From: Mobula hypostoma
Taxonomy: Eukaryota
Assembly: GCF_963921235.1 (NCBI RefSeq)
Contig: NC_086118.1
Location: 17,176,001 to 17,240,000 of the forward strand
Direction: 5' to 3'
DNA: 64,000 nt
Part shown: positions 11,593 to 24,293 of the stretch, piece by piece
How the letters are laid out: each line of letters starts with the position of its first letter
Position numbering within the stretch: the stretch's first letter is position 1
Program-made: the position numbers and the translations under genes
The notes under the pieces: generated by a model
Databases searched by the model: none
Told to the model about the DNA's origin: nothing
Seen by the model: only the letters and a program-made list of their open reading frames with translations

Positions 11593-14311
11593 CCTACCAT
11601 TCCTTATCTAACTCACTGGGACAAATTTATCCCTAACATCCCGCAAGCGATCTCTAAACATCGACCACATGTCCATAGTACATTTCCCTGCAAAAACATC
11701 ATCCCAATTCACACCCACAAGTTCTAGCCTTATAGCCTCATAATTTGCCTTTCCCCAATTAAAAATTTTCCTGTTCTCTCTGATTCTATCCTTTTCCATG
11801 ATAATGCTAAAAGCCAGGGAGCGGTGGTCACTGTCCCCCAGATGCTCACCCACTGAGAGATCTGTGACCTGACCCGGTTCATTACCTAGTACTAGATCTA
11901 GTATGGCATTCCCCCGGTCGGCCTGTCCACATACTGTGACAGGAATCCGTTCTGGACACACTTAACAAACTCTGCCCCATCTAAACCCTTGGATCTAATC
12001 AGGTGCCAATCAATATTAGGGAAGTGAAAGTCACCCATAATAACAACCCTGTTATTTTTGCACCTTTCCAAAATCTGCCTCCCAATCTGCTCCTCTGTAT
12101 CTCTGCTGCTACCAGGGAGCCTATAGAATACCCCTAATAGAGTAACTGCTCCTTTCCTGTTCCTGACTTCCACCCATATTGACTCAAAAGAGGATCCTGC
12201 TACATTACCCACCCTTTCTGTAGTTGTAATAGTATCCCTAACCAGTAATGCCACCCCTCCTCCCCTTTTTCCACCCTCTCTATCCCTTTTAAAGCACTGA
12301 AATCCAGGAATATTGAGAATCCATTCCTGCCCTGGTGCCAGCCAAGTCTCTGTAATGGCCACTACATCATAATTCCATGTATGTATTCAAGCTCAGTTCA
12401 TCACCTTTGTTCCTGATGCTTTTTGCATTGAGGTACACACATTTCAGCCCTTCTACCTTACTGTCTTTACACCGTTTATTCTGCTTCTCTTTCCTCAAAA
12501 CCTCTCTGTATGTTAGATCTGGCTTTACTCCATGCACTTCTTTCACTGCTTTATCGCTCTGGGTCCCATTCCCCTCGCAAATTAATTTAAACCCTCCCGA
12601 ACCATGCTAGCAAACCTACCTGCAAGGATATTGCTCCCCCTCGAGTTCAGGTGCGACCCATCCAATCTGTACAGGTCCCACCTTCCCCAGAAGAGACCCC
12701 AATGATCTAAAAATCTAAAACCCTGCTCCCTGCACCAACTCCTCAGCCACGCATTCAACTGCCATCTGCTCCAATTCTTACCATCACTGTCACGTAGCAC
12801 TGGCAGCAGTCCTGAGAACGCCACCCTTGAGGTCCTGTTCTTCAGCCTTCTGTCTACTTCCCGAAACACACACTTCAGGACCTCATCCCTCTTCCTGCCT
12901 ATGTCGTTGGTCCCAACATGTATCACGACTTCTGGTTGCATTCCCTCTCGTACCAGAATGTCGTGCACCCGGTCAGAGACATCCCGGACCCTGGCACCCG
13001 GGAGGCAACAAACCATGCAGGTGTCCTTCTCACGTCCACAAAATCTCCTGTCTGCTCCCCTGACTATAGAGTCTCCAATGACAACAGCTCTCCTCTTCTC
13101 CGTCCCACCCTTCTGCACCACAGGGTCAGACTCAGTGCCGGAGGCCCTGCCACCGTGGCTCACACCTGGTCGGTCGTCCCCACCAACAGTATCCAGGACG
13201 GTAAACTTATTATTCAGGGGAATGGCTACAGGGGTGCTCTGCACTACCTGTCTGCTCACCTTTACTTTTCCCCCTCTGACTGTCACCCAACGACCTGCTT
13301 CCGACAGCCTAGATGTGACTACCTCCCTGTAGCTCTCATCTATGACTGCCTCATTCTCCCTTATGAGTCAAAGGTCATCCAGCTGCTGCTCCAGATTCCT
13401 TACACGGTCTTCCAGAACGCCCAGCCGTATGCACTTCTGGCAGGTGTGACTCTGCGGGAGAGAGGAGCTCCCCCAAGACGGCCACATCTCACATGAGAGG
13501 CACATCACCGTTTCAGGAGACATTGTAAAAACTAACTGCGAGCTAGCTTGTCCTCTGCCTCTTCTCGTCGAAGCCTCTCGAGTCAAAGCCTCAAAGCTCC
13601 ACTCCTTCACTGGCCACTTTCCACTGGCCATTTCGCTTGAGCTATCCCTCTATTTATCCGTTTGAGCTTTTCAAAATGTTTGGTCACCTGACCTCGATTG
13701 CCCAATCAGCTGCTTTCTGCTGAGTCTGAGTTATTCAAATCTTGATTGTCTAATCAACGGCTTTCTGCTGATCTACTCAAAATCTTGATTGACTTGATTG
13801 CACAGACCAACTGCCAAAACTGCCAGCATCTCTCGAGTCAAAGCCTCAAAGTTCCACTCCTTCACTGGCCCACTCACGCAGTGGCCGCTTTCCACATCAA
13901 TGAAATAACTAAGTTTAGGTAGTAATCTGAAAGGTTATACTGTTCAAAAGACTGGGAAATGTACTAACTGAAAAGAACCAAAGCAATAATTACAGTAAGA
14001 AAATTCAAAAGCTAAATATATCTGGTGCGGACTATTTCAGTGCAAAGGTGAGGAACAAGTGTTAATAATAAATGCCTATGTGAAAGGAAGAAATTAATTC
14101 ACAATTTTACAACTGCCAGTGTTGTTCCTACAATTTAAATGTGTCTGTAGGTGCTAAAGCAGACACTCATAAGTCGTCATGTGTATATGAAGCAGTATGT
14201 GTCCAGGTACAAAATGAAAACCTTAGCTTGATATCAAAATGACGGAGATGGCTTCTCAAATTTATAAATTACTTGGCAGCAAACAGGACAGCCAATTCCC
14301 ACAAGAGGGCA

Positions 14312-15615
14312 AACAACAGGAATTCTGCAGATGCTGGAAATTCAAGCAACACACATCAAAGTTGCTGGTGAACGCAGCAGGCCAGGCAGCATCTGTAGGA
14401 AGAGGTGCAGTCGACGTTTCAGGCTGAGACCCTTCGTCAGGACTAACTGAAGGAAGAGTGAGTAAGGGATTTGAAAGTTGGAGGGGGAGGGGGAGATCCA
14501 AAATGATAGGAGAAGACAGGAGGGGGAGGGATAGAGCCAAGAGCTGGGCAGGTGATAGGCAAAAGGGGATACGAGAGGATCATGGGACAGGAAGTCCGGG
14601 AAGAAAGACGGGGGGGGGGATCCCAGAGGATGGGCAAGAGGTATATTCAGAGGGACAGAGGGAGAAAAAGGAGAGTGAGAGAAAGAATGTGTGCATAAAA
14701 ATAAGTAACAGATGGGGTACGAGGGGGAGGTGGGGCCTTAGCTGAAGTTAGAGAAGTCGATGTTCATGCCATCAGGTTGGAGGCTACCCAGACGGAATAT
14801 AAGGTGTTGTTCCTCCAACCTGAGTGTGGCTTCATCTTTACAGTAGAGGAGGCCGTGGATAGACATGTCAGAATGGGAATGGGATGTGGAATTAAAATGT
14901 GTGGCCACTGGGAGATCCTGCTTTCTCTGGCGGACAGAGCGTGGATGTTCAGCAAGGCGGTCTCCCAGTCTGCGTCGGGTCTCGCCAATATATAAAAGGC
15001 CACATCGGAGCACAGGACGCAGTATATCACCCCAGTCGACTCACAGGTGAAGTGTTGCCTCACCTGGAAGGACTGTTTGCGGCCCTGAATGGTGGTAAGG
15101 GAGGAAGTGTAAGGGCATGTGTAGCACTTGTTCCGCTTACACGGATAAGTACCAGGAGGGAGATCAGTGGGGAGGGATGGGGGGGGGACGAATGGACAAG
15201 GGAGTTGTGTAGGGAGCGATCCCTGCGGAATGCAGAGAGGGGGGGGGAGGGAAAGATGTGCTTAGTGGTGGGATCCCGTTGGAGGTGGCGGAAGTTACGG
15301 AGAATAATATGTTGGACCCGGAGGCTGGTGGGGTGGTAGGTGAGGACCAGGGGAACCCTATTCCTAGTGGGGTGGCGGGAGGATGGAGTGAGAGCAGATG
15401 TACGTGAAATGGGGGAGATGCGTTTTAGAGCAGAGTTGATAGTGGAGGAAGGGAAGCCCCTTTCTTTAAAAAAGGAAGACATCTCCCTCGTCCTAGAATG
15501 AAAAGCCTCATCCTGAGAGCAGATGCGGTGGAGACGGAGGAATTGCGAGAAGGGGGTGGCGTTTTTTTCGTAGGGAGCGATCCCTGTGTAATGCAGAGAA
15601 TGCAGCATTGTTGTG
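14312..15615 (-). mobile_element. Penelope-like element, truncated (end of RT, GIY-YIG, terminal repeat)
   Basis: LYIGETRRRLGDRLAEH (ORF 14738-15013), SQFLRLHRICS, PLVLTYHP; 14-bp TSD CCCACAAGAGGGCA at 14298-14311 and 15616-15629. Confidence 0.93.
14408..14444 (-). ncRNA. Minimal type I hammerhead ribozyme
   Basis: AGTC-CTGACGA-AGGGTCTCAGCCT-GAAA-CGTC-GACT: stem I, catalytic core, stem II and minimal stem III. Confidence 0.75.
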
Positions 15616-15877
15616 CCCACAAGAGGGCACAAGTTATATGGCTTGGTACTGAAGATCCTCATGGGAGTTGTCCAGTGGTTGAAATCTATTCTTCTGGAGA
15701 GGTGGTGGCTCAAATAATGGAAGGAGATCATATCCGTAGGTAAAACCAGGAACTCTTTTCCTAGAATACCGTTCCTGTGTCATAAGAAATGTAATAATGT
15801 GATGTGCATGGTCAAAGCAAGATCCCATTTCACGAACACTTCTCAATAAATGTACTCTCAACAGTATGTAATGTCAT

Positions 15878-16362
15878 TGAAATGGAAGGATTCTAATTCA
15901 CCTACTGTCTTTTATTGGCTCTCCTTCATTATGTCCTGTTTAAGTTTAGAGAAAATAAGAAGTCGGACAGTTGATACATCCTTTAAATTTGAGCAAATCT
16001 GGTGACCTTTTATTCAATATTTCCATTTAAGTTGATTTATTACTCTTCCAATTTTTTTTTTGAAGTTTTAGATTTGATCAGAAAGTCTTTCTTTTTCTTT
16101 GGTCCTCCCATATAGTGTAGTGAGGTTTGTTTTTTTTTCTTCATTTAAAATTCAAAGTTTTTTCTTTCCTCTTCACGAACTAATAAGAGGGGAGTTGCTG
16201 TTTTCTTTCTTTTAATTATATACTAGTTTAACACTATGTATGACTTTGATAATGTCTATCTTAATCTCGGTTTGTACTGTTATTGATATATATACTTGAG
16301 ATAATTCTCCTCTTGTTTGTATTTATGCTCCTTTTAAATCAAAATTAAAAAAGAAAATAAAG
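15878..16362 (+). mobile_element. L1-clade LINE 3' fragment
   Basis: ORF2 C-terminus KWKDSNSPTVFYW...LEKIR...FEQIW*PFIQY, T-rich UTR, A-rich tail; 18-bp TSD AACA(G/A)TATGTAATGTCAT at 15860-15877 and 16363-16380. Confidence 0.8.
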
Positions 16363-16529
16363 AACAATATGTAATGTCATCAACACATTTCCTTTTCCAT
16401 CTGACCATGAGCTGTTACGCATTCTTTTCCCCATCCACCACCCCCCCCAGTAATCACAAGAATTAAGGATGTGCAGAAATATCTATTTAAAGCCACTCTA
16501 TAATTTGTCAAATTTAAAATTCCGGCATG

Positions 16530-17375
16530 TTAGAACCAGAATCAGTGGCACATGTTGTGAAATTTGCTGTTTAGTGGCAGCAGTACATAGCAATTTCATA
16601 ACATAATAATGAAACTATACAATAAATATGTATGAACAATAAATTGATTAAGAAGTGCAAAGAGAAGGAAAAATACTAAGGCAGTGTTCATGGGTTCACT
16701 GTCAATTCAGATATCTGATAGCAGAAGGGAAGAAGTTGTTCCTGAAATGTTGAGCAGGGCTTCAGGCTCCTGTACCTCCTCCTCGATGGCAGCAGTGAGA
16801 AGGCGACACATCCTGGATGATGGGGGTCCTTAATGATGAAAGCTGCCTTCTTGAGTCATTGCATTTTGAAGGTGTCTTCGATGCTGGAGAGGCGAGTGCC
16901 CATGACAGAGTTGGCTGAATTTACACATTTTCCAGCTTTTTTCGGTCCTGTGCAGCGGCCTCTCCATAACAGACGGTGATGCAACCAGTTAGAATGCTCT
17001 CCATGGTACATCTGTAAGTGTCTTTGGTGACACATTAATTCTCCTCAAACTCTGAATGAAAAACAGCCACTGCTGTGCCTTCTTTGTAATTGCATCAATA
17101 TGTTCATCCTAGGATAGATCCTCAGAGATGTTGACACCCAGGAACTTGAAACGGCTCACCCTTTCTATTTCTGATCCCTCAATGAAGACTTATATGTGTT
17201 CACCCAACTTCCCCTTCAAAGTCCACAATCAATTCTTTGGATTTACTGATGCAGAGTGCAAGGATATTGCCATGAAACCACTCAACCAGCTGACCTATTT
17301 TTGTTCCTGTACGCCTCCTTGACACCATCTGAAATTCTGCCAGCAATAGTTGGGTCGTCCACAAATTTACAGATG
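16530..17375 (-). mobile_element. Rex1/Babar LINE 3' fragment, degraded
   Basis: SKSKELIVDF motif, (GATTCT)-type tail; similar to 25640-26940. Confidence 0.75.
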
Positions 17376-19075
17376 CAGTCTGTTTAGTTCTAACTGTGCT
17401 GCAAGGTCTAAAGCTTTTCCAAAACAGTACAGCCCTCTTATTCACTGGTATGCATCTTACGAATATAGATGCAGTCCACTTCGAAGTTCCTGCATGGAAT
17501 GGAGTGCCCGATGAAGTCACAGCTTCTTCTCCTGTACTAGCTAATTCTAGTACCAGCCCTCACCTTCTGCTTTCATTCCTCAAGCAGATCAAGGACGATT
17601 CCAGGGAGGCTGCCTACAATCAACCAGTCTGTTTCCTGTAAAGGGTTCTGCAAAATGTTTACCATGGTAGAATGTCACATTACAGTAGTTTTTAAAATCA
17701 AGATTCAAAAGAAAACCTGCCAAAAGAAATAAACATTTCACCAATACCCCTATGAAGTTTGAAAGTAGTCATCCGCTGTTTCTCAAAAATCCTTCTCAAA
17801 CTTCCTGCAGTTTCAAGATGAGTAGAGAATGATGAACATGGCTTTAAGGACAGACTGCATTCCTCAAGCAGCTAGAATACTCCTTTTCAGCTGGGTGCTG
17901 TTGGAAAAATTAACTGAAGAGGAACTCACCAAAATGCCACACAGCCTTACAGATGAGCACAACTGGTAGTTTCATCAACACACATCAAAGTTGCTGGAAT
18001 TTCATCATTAACCTGTCCTTTAACAATTTATGAATTCTTCAACTATTGTGCCAGGGTGGTGGATTATAATGAACATGTTGCAGTTTAAGACCTAGTCTTG
18101 GCCTTTTTGAAGGCACCTTAACCTTTGAAGTATCTGGAAAGCATTGTTTTGAAGATACCAATTTGGATATAGCAAGTGGACTGGAATGTAGAATTTCCAG
18201 TGGTTTACTGCATCATCCAAGTCCCACAAAAAAAAACAAATAAGCAGTTCATATCACAGGATATAATCTTGGCTCAAACATGTACCAGGTAAAACAGAGA
18301 AAAAATGGTTCACAGGAAGACAGCCTTGTGCAGAAGGAAAAATTTTCCTGAATCGCAGAAACTTATCAGCTACAGTTTAGTCAATCCAAAAGGGGATGTT
18401 TCACATGAATTCAATAATTTTCCATCTTTGAGAAAAGGAGATGTTGCTTATAGTGATGGCAAACCCATCTAGAAGTCAAATGATCAGATCCTGTTTTACT
18501 TTTCTGAAGCCTCTTCCTATTTTGTTTTCTGATAAATTTTATTTGAAGCATTTCCAAAAACTGGATTGCTTATTATGAACCAATTTTATTGTTTTTACAT
18601 TTCCACTATTGGATCCTATATGTCTCTGTATATCATATTGCTCTATCAAAACTTGCAGAAACTGTTTAACTTATTGAAAAGACCAATCTGATGTCACCAG
18701 GTAGGTCATAAGATTCAAGGAGGAAATCAGAAAAGCTACTTTCATCTATGTCATTTCAGGTGAATAACAGAGCGCTCCTTTAAAAAAAAAGGTCATCTCA
18801 AAGTCTTCTAGCAGCTAGAGTATCTGGATGAAAAACCATTCCCAAGATACCCATTTGAAAGTGGACAATAATGCAAAATTTCAAGTATTTTCTCTCATCA
18901 CCCATGTGTCAGATTACAACAGAAATTCAAAAAATTAATTCCACAGATTAAAATCTTGAGTGGATTGTACTACAGAGAAAAGCATTACTGCGCCAGGAGA
19001 TAATTCATCGTGAAAGGGAAGTCTGACAAAGAAGATGAATTATGAAAAACCGCAATGGATATCCAGTATTGCCTT
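17376..19075 (-). pseudogene. GREB1-like copy B large exon remnant (N-terminal domain)
   Basis: Acceptor tttgttttattttcag at 19076. Across frameshifts: GFS*FIFFVRL, ELSPGAVMLFSV, KILICGIN, N..NFALL, LSNGYLGNG, FSDF, KQFLQVLI, matching in order GFCQAGKDLRL, DVPAGFLLVGV, HLLVCAVD, NGHNALL, FSGNCVGCG, FTEF, QKHLKYYL. Similarity is seen only in about 18600-19075; the lower boundary is uncertain. Confidence 0.65.
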
Positions 19076-19554
19076 CTGAAAATAAAACAAATATGAATAA
19101 ATTTCAAACCAACAAAATGACGACTTGATGACTTCCCTGCAATTATAACCAAATTTCAGCCATTCTCATCTTTTTTACAAAATCTGATGCAGTTGACCAT
19201 ATCATTCAACTCCATATCCTCATCTACACTAAAACTATGACTCCACTCTTACTCACCAAGAGCAGTAAGTTAACCTCTATTTCTTGGGGTTTCCAACAGA
19301 TCTATCCAGGATACATCCTCATTCTTACCAATACCGTGGCCTTCTCCATCCATCTGCAGCCATACACTGAGATTTAAAAGCAGAGGAACAAAAGTAAATC
19401 AGATAACTGCTCAGCCTAACACCACCATTCAAGTAGATTATCGCTGATCTGTATTACAATACCCTCTATCTTCCTTTGCCCTTAAAAAGGGACTAAAACC
19501 TATTACCACATTCTGAAATTTCAACTGATCTGTTATCAGTTGTTTTTGACTGAT

Positions 19555-19822
19555 TAATTGAGATACAGAACAGAATAGGCCTCTTTGGCTATTCAAGCCA
19601 CGCCATCCAGCAATCAATCCAATGATCTAATCTTAGCCTAATCACAGACAATTTACAATGATCAATTAACCTACCAACCAGTACGTCTTTGGACTCTGGG
19701 AGAAAACTGGCACACCTGGAGGAAATCCACTCAGTCACAGGGAGAACATACAAACCCCTTGCAGGCAGTGGCAGGAATTAAACCTTGATCGCCTGTGCTG
19801 TAAAGTGTTGTGCTAACCACTC
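19555..19822 (-). mobile_element. tRNA-derived V-SINE (HE1-like)
   Basis: tRNA-like head, V-domain-like GTTTGTATGTTCTCCCTGTGAC...TCCAAAGAC, CR1-like 3' tail. Confidence 0.8.
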
Positions 19823-20081
19823 CCTGAGAAGCCAATCTTAACATGCTCAGCTAATTTTCAGAATAGTTTTCACACATATGTAAATGATGCTCTCCTATGC
19901 TATCACTTTTAACCTCACATCTTCAAATCAAGTAACTTTATAATTCTCCAATGCAAGGATAAATAGATTAAAAAAACAATCCTTTACCTCCACTAATTTA
20001 CCATTTATTGTGCAGTCCACTGTAAGTGCCAGCTCATTCAAATGATGCAAGAAAATACAGCACTGGTCAATTCTTTCTTAC

Positions 20082-20312
20082 AATCTACACTTAAATTGAA
20101 CTACGTTTCGAAACTTCTGATATAATGTCGCTTGTACCAAGGCTGAGCCACTTAGGTATATGTATAATGTAAGCAGATCACAGGCTGTTGGAAGAGAAAC
20201 CTGCTTGTTCCAGTTTTGATAACTATCACAATAACTACAACATGATGACTGAACACAAATGACAGCCAATAGCAGTTGTAGTGTTGAGCAATCCTTTGTT
20301 TAATATACTGTA
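20082..20312 (-). pseudogene. GREB1-like copy B first coding exon remnant (candidate ATG at 20243-20241)
   Basis: Acceptor ttttgtttccag, donor GTAAGA. M-/CSYCD~MGNSYAG; KLEQA...SL*SAYIIHIPKWLSL~RFEEV...SLRSNNLVPRPIFSQL, with TGA at the Arg position. Confidence 0.62.
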
Positions 20313-21106
20313 CTGGAAACAAAATCTTTGGTATTTGCTGAAGTTTGCAGCTGTATTTATCCCTTTCTCACTCGGCTTTTACAAAGCAATACATCATTAA
20401 AGTTCTGCTCATTTTCTCTCCTGTCAATTATCAACTATATCTGCTGGACAGGCTACAGCCTGCAGCAATTTTTCCCATTCAAGTTTCCATAAACGCAATA
20501 ATATTTTACACACATTTCATAGATACTCTCCCTAATTTCAACAGAATATTGTAACAGTTTTATTTTGTTAAGCAAATGATGTGATCAAGAGGGGGAGAGA
20601 GTGACTCAGAGAGGTCAACAAAGAAAAGTGATGAGCTGGCAGTTGTAAGCAATGTAGCAGGTCCTTAAAATTATTTGTTTATAGCATATTATGTTGAACA
20701 GGAGATCTAGTCACTTTGCCTAACAATATCTGTTAAGAGGTGTGTATGTTCAAGGATGGATAAAGAGCATGAGTAACCAAAATGCTGCAATTTCATAGAT
20801 CAAACTTACTCAGTCTAGAAACATTCACATCCTTACATGTTTGCAACTTTTGTTTTGTAACCTTACACTGGACTACTATAATAACTTAAAAATGTATCCT
20901 AGGGGAATGTGCTCAATTTATTCTCAGAAAAATTCTCATTTGTTCTCAGTGAGCAAGTGACAAGATTAGTACAAGTGACACTTAATTAAATAATCAACAT
21001 TCTTGACCTTGCAATATAATGCAGAGAAAATGAAAAGGCGTGTTTCAGTGCAATACGATAAGAAATCTTCTCTGTTACATGATAGACTTAATCACAAAGT
21101 ATATTA

Positions 21107-22385
21107 CAGATTTCCCCCGCTATCCGAAGGTAGAGCATTCTTATGAGACGGTTCGTAAGCTGGAATGTCGTAAAGTGAATAAGCAATTACCATTTATTAT
21201 GGGAAAATTTTTTGAGCATTCCCAGACCCAAAAAATAACCTACAAAAATCATGCCAAATAACACATAAAACCTAAAATAACAGTAACATATAGTAAAAGC
21301 AGGAAACATATGATAAATACACAGCCTATATAAAGTAGAAATACTTTTTTGCAGTACACTCTAGCACAGTGAAAATCTCATGGTAGCACTCTCAGCAGAA
21401 ACACTCTCTCCAGTAAGCTTTAAGCTATGAAGCTGCCAAATCATACCAAATAACACATAAAAATACACAGCCTATATAAAGTAGAAATAATGTATGTACA
21501 GTGTAGTTTCACTTACCGGAATCCGGAAGACTCCAATAAATTGCAGATTTGTCACAGTTAAACAATTGCTTATACGAATAACCACCTTCTGTAATTATTT
21601 TCTTCAGTTCCGCTGGGAACTTTTCAGCAGCTTCAGTATTAGCTGAAGCACTCTCTCCGGTAAACATTAAACTATGAAGCTGCCCTCACCTCAGAAACCG
21701 ATCAAACCACCCATGAGTACCTTTAAATTCCACTTTCGCAACACTTTCATCACCATTGTCCAGTGCTTTCTGTTTCAACTTATTAAAAAGACTGACTGAT
21801 TTCTCCTTAAGTATAAGAAAACTTAACGGAACACCACATTTTGTACACCCATCAATCTACTCAAGCAATAGACTTTCCATTTTATCCATTATTGGATGCC
21901 GACTAAGAGAGACCATTTTGCTACGAGCAGAACCAACAGTAACATCGGCAGCTTTCAAAATTCTTTCTCTCTGTGTATAAATAGTGCGAATTGTGGACAC
22001 AGCCAAGCTCAACGTGTGGACAATGTCCTTACTTCGTTCGCCACGATCAAAATGCTTAACTATGTCTAGTTTTACGCTAAGTGTAACACCCTTACGAGCC
22101 CTTTTAAGTTTTTCCGATACCTTAGAACTCATCTTGCTAACCGATGCTCAAAATAAATCGATATAAAGCACGTGTTTAAGCAATGGCGGCTAGAATGCAG
22201 TTCCAGGGGAGGAGCTTGGCTGTTCGGGCGTGTGCTGCCTTTTTTCGCACACTGCCTATTTTTGCGTGCTGTCTTTTATCATAACAGTGAAAACACCTTC
22301 TGTTAGCGAAAACAGGTAACTAATGTTGGTCTTTCGTAACAGCGAGGTGTCGTAAAGCGAACGTTCAGAAAACAGGGGCCACCTG
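21107..22385 (-). mobile_element. Tigger/pogo-family DNA transposon, internally deleted
   Basis: Same TIR family as 5547-7012, TA TSDs; transposase N-terminus with CENP-B-type HTH (ORF 21857-22132, then GWFDRF, FTGESASA, FNCD). Confidence 0.9.
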
Positions 22386-22599
22386 TACACTGAAAAGTCC
22401 TGCTGAGAAGCAAGTATCCAGCACAATCACCTTTTTTTCACTGCAGTAGAACTATAATAAGCAAGAGGCATCTGATCACCCTCTCCTTCCAAGTAAAATA
22501 GTAACAGATTTTGTTGATATTGGTATTCCTTGCAGATTCCTTTCTGCACATCCTTTGTTACTCTTTTTACTAACCTGGCTAGCCTTCACTGCAGGTTGA

Positions 22600-23160
22600 T
22601 AACGTGGCTAAGGCGGCATTTGGAATTCTGTTATTCATTAGTGGGAGCTCTGAGTACAAGAGCTGGGAGGTTATGTTCCAGCTTCATAAAACGCTGGTCA
22701 GACCCAGCTCAAGTACTGCATGCACTAAAGGAAAATTGTGATGGCACTGGAGCAGGTGCTGAGGAAATCAGCAGGATGATCCCTGTCACGGATCACTCCA
22801 TGTAAGAGGAGAGACAGAAGCGGAGGAAGGAAGAGGAGACTAAAGTATATCAACATTAATGAGTGTTGTAGATCCGGTAGCTTGAAAGAATTTCCTGATA
22901 TCACATACATAAATTTGGAGGACATAGATATATGGAGCAACAGATTTAGCAGGGACCTTTATCATCTGGAGCTTGGCAAGTACCTGAAATGCACTGGCTG
23001 AGAATGAGGTAGCCGCAGAGCTGCTGGCACCATCTAAAACGTGTCTAGAAAAGCACTTGAAATGTCTACACATTGGAAACCATGCGGTAGATTAACAGGA
23101 TGGATTTCCATTGATTGGCATGCATGCAGTGTACCGAATTGCCTGCTTCCCTGCTATATT
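22600..23160 (+). mobile_element. Old CR1 3' fragment
   Basis: Degraded EYKSWEVMFQLHKTLVRP motif, like the 3' ends of the other CR1 copies. Confidence 0.55.
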
Positions 23161-23509
23161 CCATGCACAAACCCACGGCCACTTTTATCCTGCAAATAGG
23201 TAACATCTTTCATTTAACACAAATCGACTTTTGAAAACAGGTCAGATGAGTTAATGCTTAAGAAAGACGAAACTAAAGCTGAAAGATATTAGCACAACCA
23301 AATACCCCCTTGGATGGCGAGGTTTAATCTTAAATGTAATCTGCCAGGACAGGAGAAGGACGCAGATTAAAGACAGCATATTAAAAAAAAGGGTAAATCA
23401 CCCCAAACTTTTTTGTGAGAACTTCATTCTACTCACCAGAAGATGGGCACAGTTTCATGGTTATTTAACTGCAATGATTCAAAGTAAGTTTATTATCAAT
23501 GTGCATGCA

Positions 23510-24029
23510 CATTCAGAGGTCACATTATGAGGTACACCTGCTCATTAATACAAGTATCTAATCAGCTAATCATGAGGCAGCAACTCAATGCATAAAAGCA
23601 TGCTGACATGGTCAAGGGGTTCAGCTGTTGTACAGACTAAACATCAGAATGAGGAAGAAATATAATCTAAGTGACTTTGACCATGAAATGATTGTTGGTG
23701 CCAAACAGGATGGCTTAAGTATCACAGAAACTGCTGAACTCCTGGGATTTTTACACACAACAGAGTTTACAGAGAATGGTGCAAGAAACAAAAAAAAAAT
23801 CCAGTGAGCAGTGTTATCCAGAGAGAATGGTCTGACTGGTTCAAGCTGACAGGAAGGTGACAGTAACTCAAGTAACCATGCTTTACAACAGTGGTATGCG
23901 GAAGAGCATCTGTAAACGCACAAATGGAACCTTGAAATGGATGGACTACAGCAGCAGCAGACCACAAACATACACTCCATGGCCACTTTATTAGGTACAA
24001 GAGGTACCTAATAAAGTGGCCACAGAGTG
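23510..24029 (+). mobile_element. Non-autonomous Tc1-family element
   Basis: TIR CACTCAGTGGCCACTTTATTAGGTAC-like; degraded transposase N-terminus (LSDFD..MIVGA..SITETAELLGF); extra TIR copy forms a right-end hairpin. Confidence 0.8.
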
Positions 24030-24043
24030 TACACTACCACACA

Positions 24044-24293
24044 CAATAGATTCCAGTTAATTGGGCCATCTGTTAGGAAATAATACCGAGTTTTATAGTA
24101 CTGTAGTAGTGATAGTGTTCTAATGTGTTCTTTAGTTCATTTAAACAAATAATGTTACTCAGTTACACAGTAGTTTGACTATTTTTTAATATCTTCTTCA
24201 CTATTTCCATGAAACTTCATCCAATTGGGGCAAGCGCTTAATTGAGCCAAAATGTACTAGTCCCGATATGTCCCAATTAACTGAGATCCACTG
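24044..24293. mobile_element. Tigger-like MITE
   Basis: Imperfect TIRs CAATAGATTCCAGTTAATTGGG...CCCAATTAACTGAGATCCACTG followed by TA. Confidence 0.65.

Larger units (their letters stand above)
8161..13890 (-). mobile_element. Near full-length CR1 LINE (ORF1 zinc finger + SGNH esterase; ORF2 APE endonuclease + RT), frameshifted and interrupted by an RTE
   Basis: ORFs 13368-13631 (CxxC..CxxC), 12582-13286 (VIGDS, HVGTND, DGSHL), 11898-12362 (ITETWL, MGDF), 9763-11592, 8708-9796 (GVPQGS, FADD), 8232-8543; 3' hairpin and short-repeat tail. Confidence 0.95.
781..20312 (-). pseudogene. Decayed divergent GREB1-family gene, copy B (N-terminal part; probably continues past the left edge)
   Basis: Series of AG/GT-bounded minus-strand blocks whose translations resemble GREB1 motifs (recalled sequence) in collinear order: SL*SAYIIHIPKW~SLRSNNLVPRPIF, GFS*FIFFVRL~GFCQAGKDLRL, KILICGIN~HLLVCAVD, PVIYFGHG~PVIFKGHG, RVVCPWLLSENEVWA*MCYE~RILSESLLTPAEYQKEVNYE, LEPQTI~LEPHSI. 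Many stops and frameshifts. Confidence 0.72.

Noticed and set aside
18810..18900. GDER...LGMVFHP resembling HHIP-like proteins
   Set aside because: Isolated short match; overlapping frames are better explained by the GREB1 N-terminal domain.
781..20312. In-frame TGA codons as selenocysteine or readthrough
   Set aside because: TAA, TAG and frameshifts are equally common, which indicates decay.
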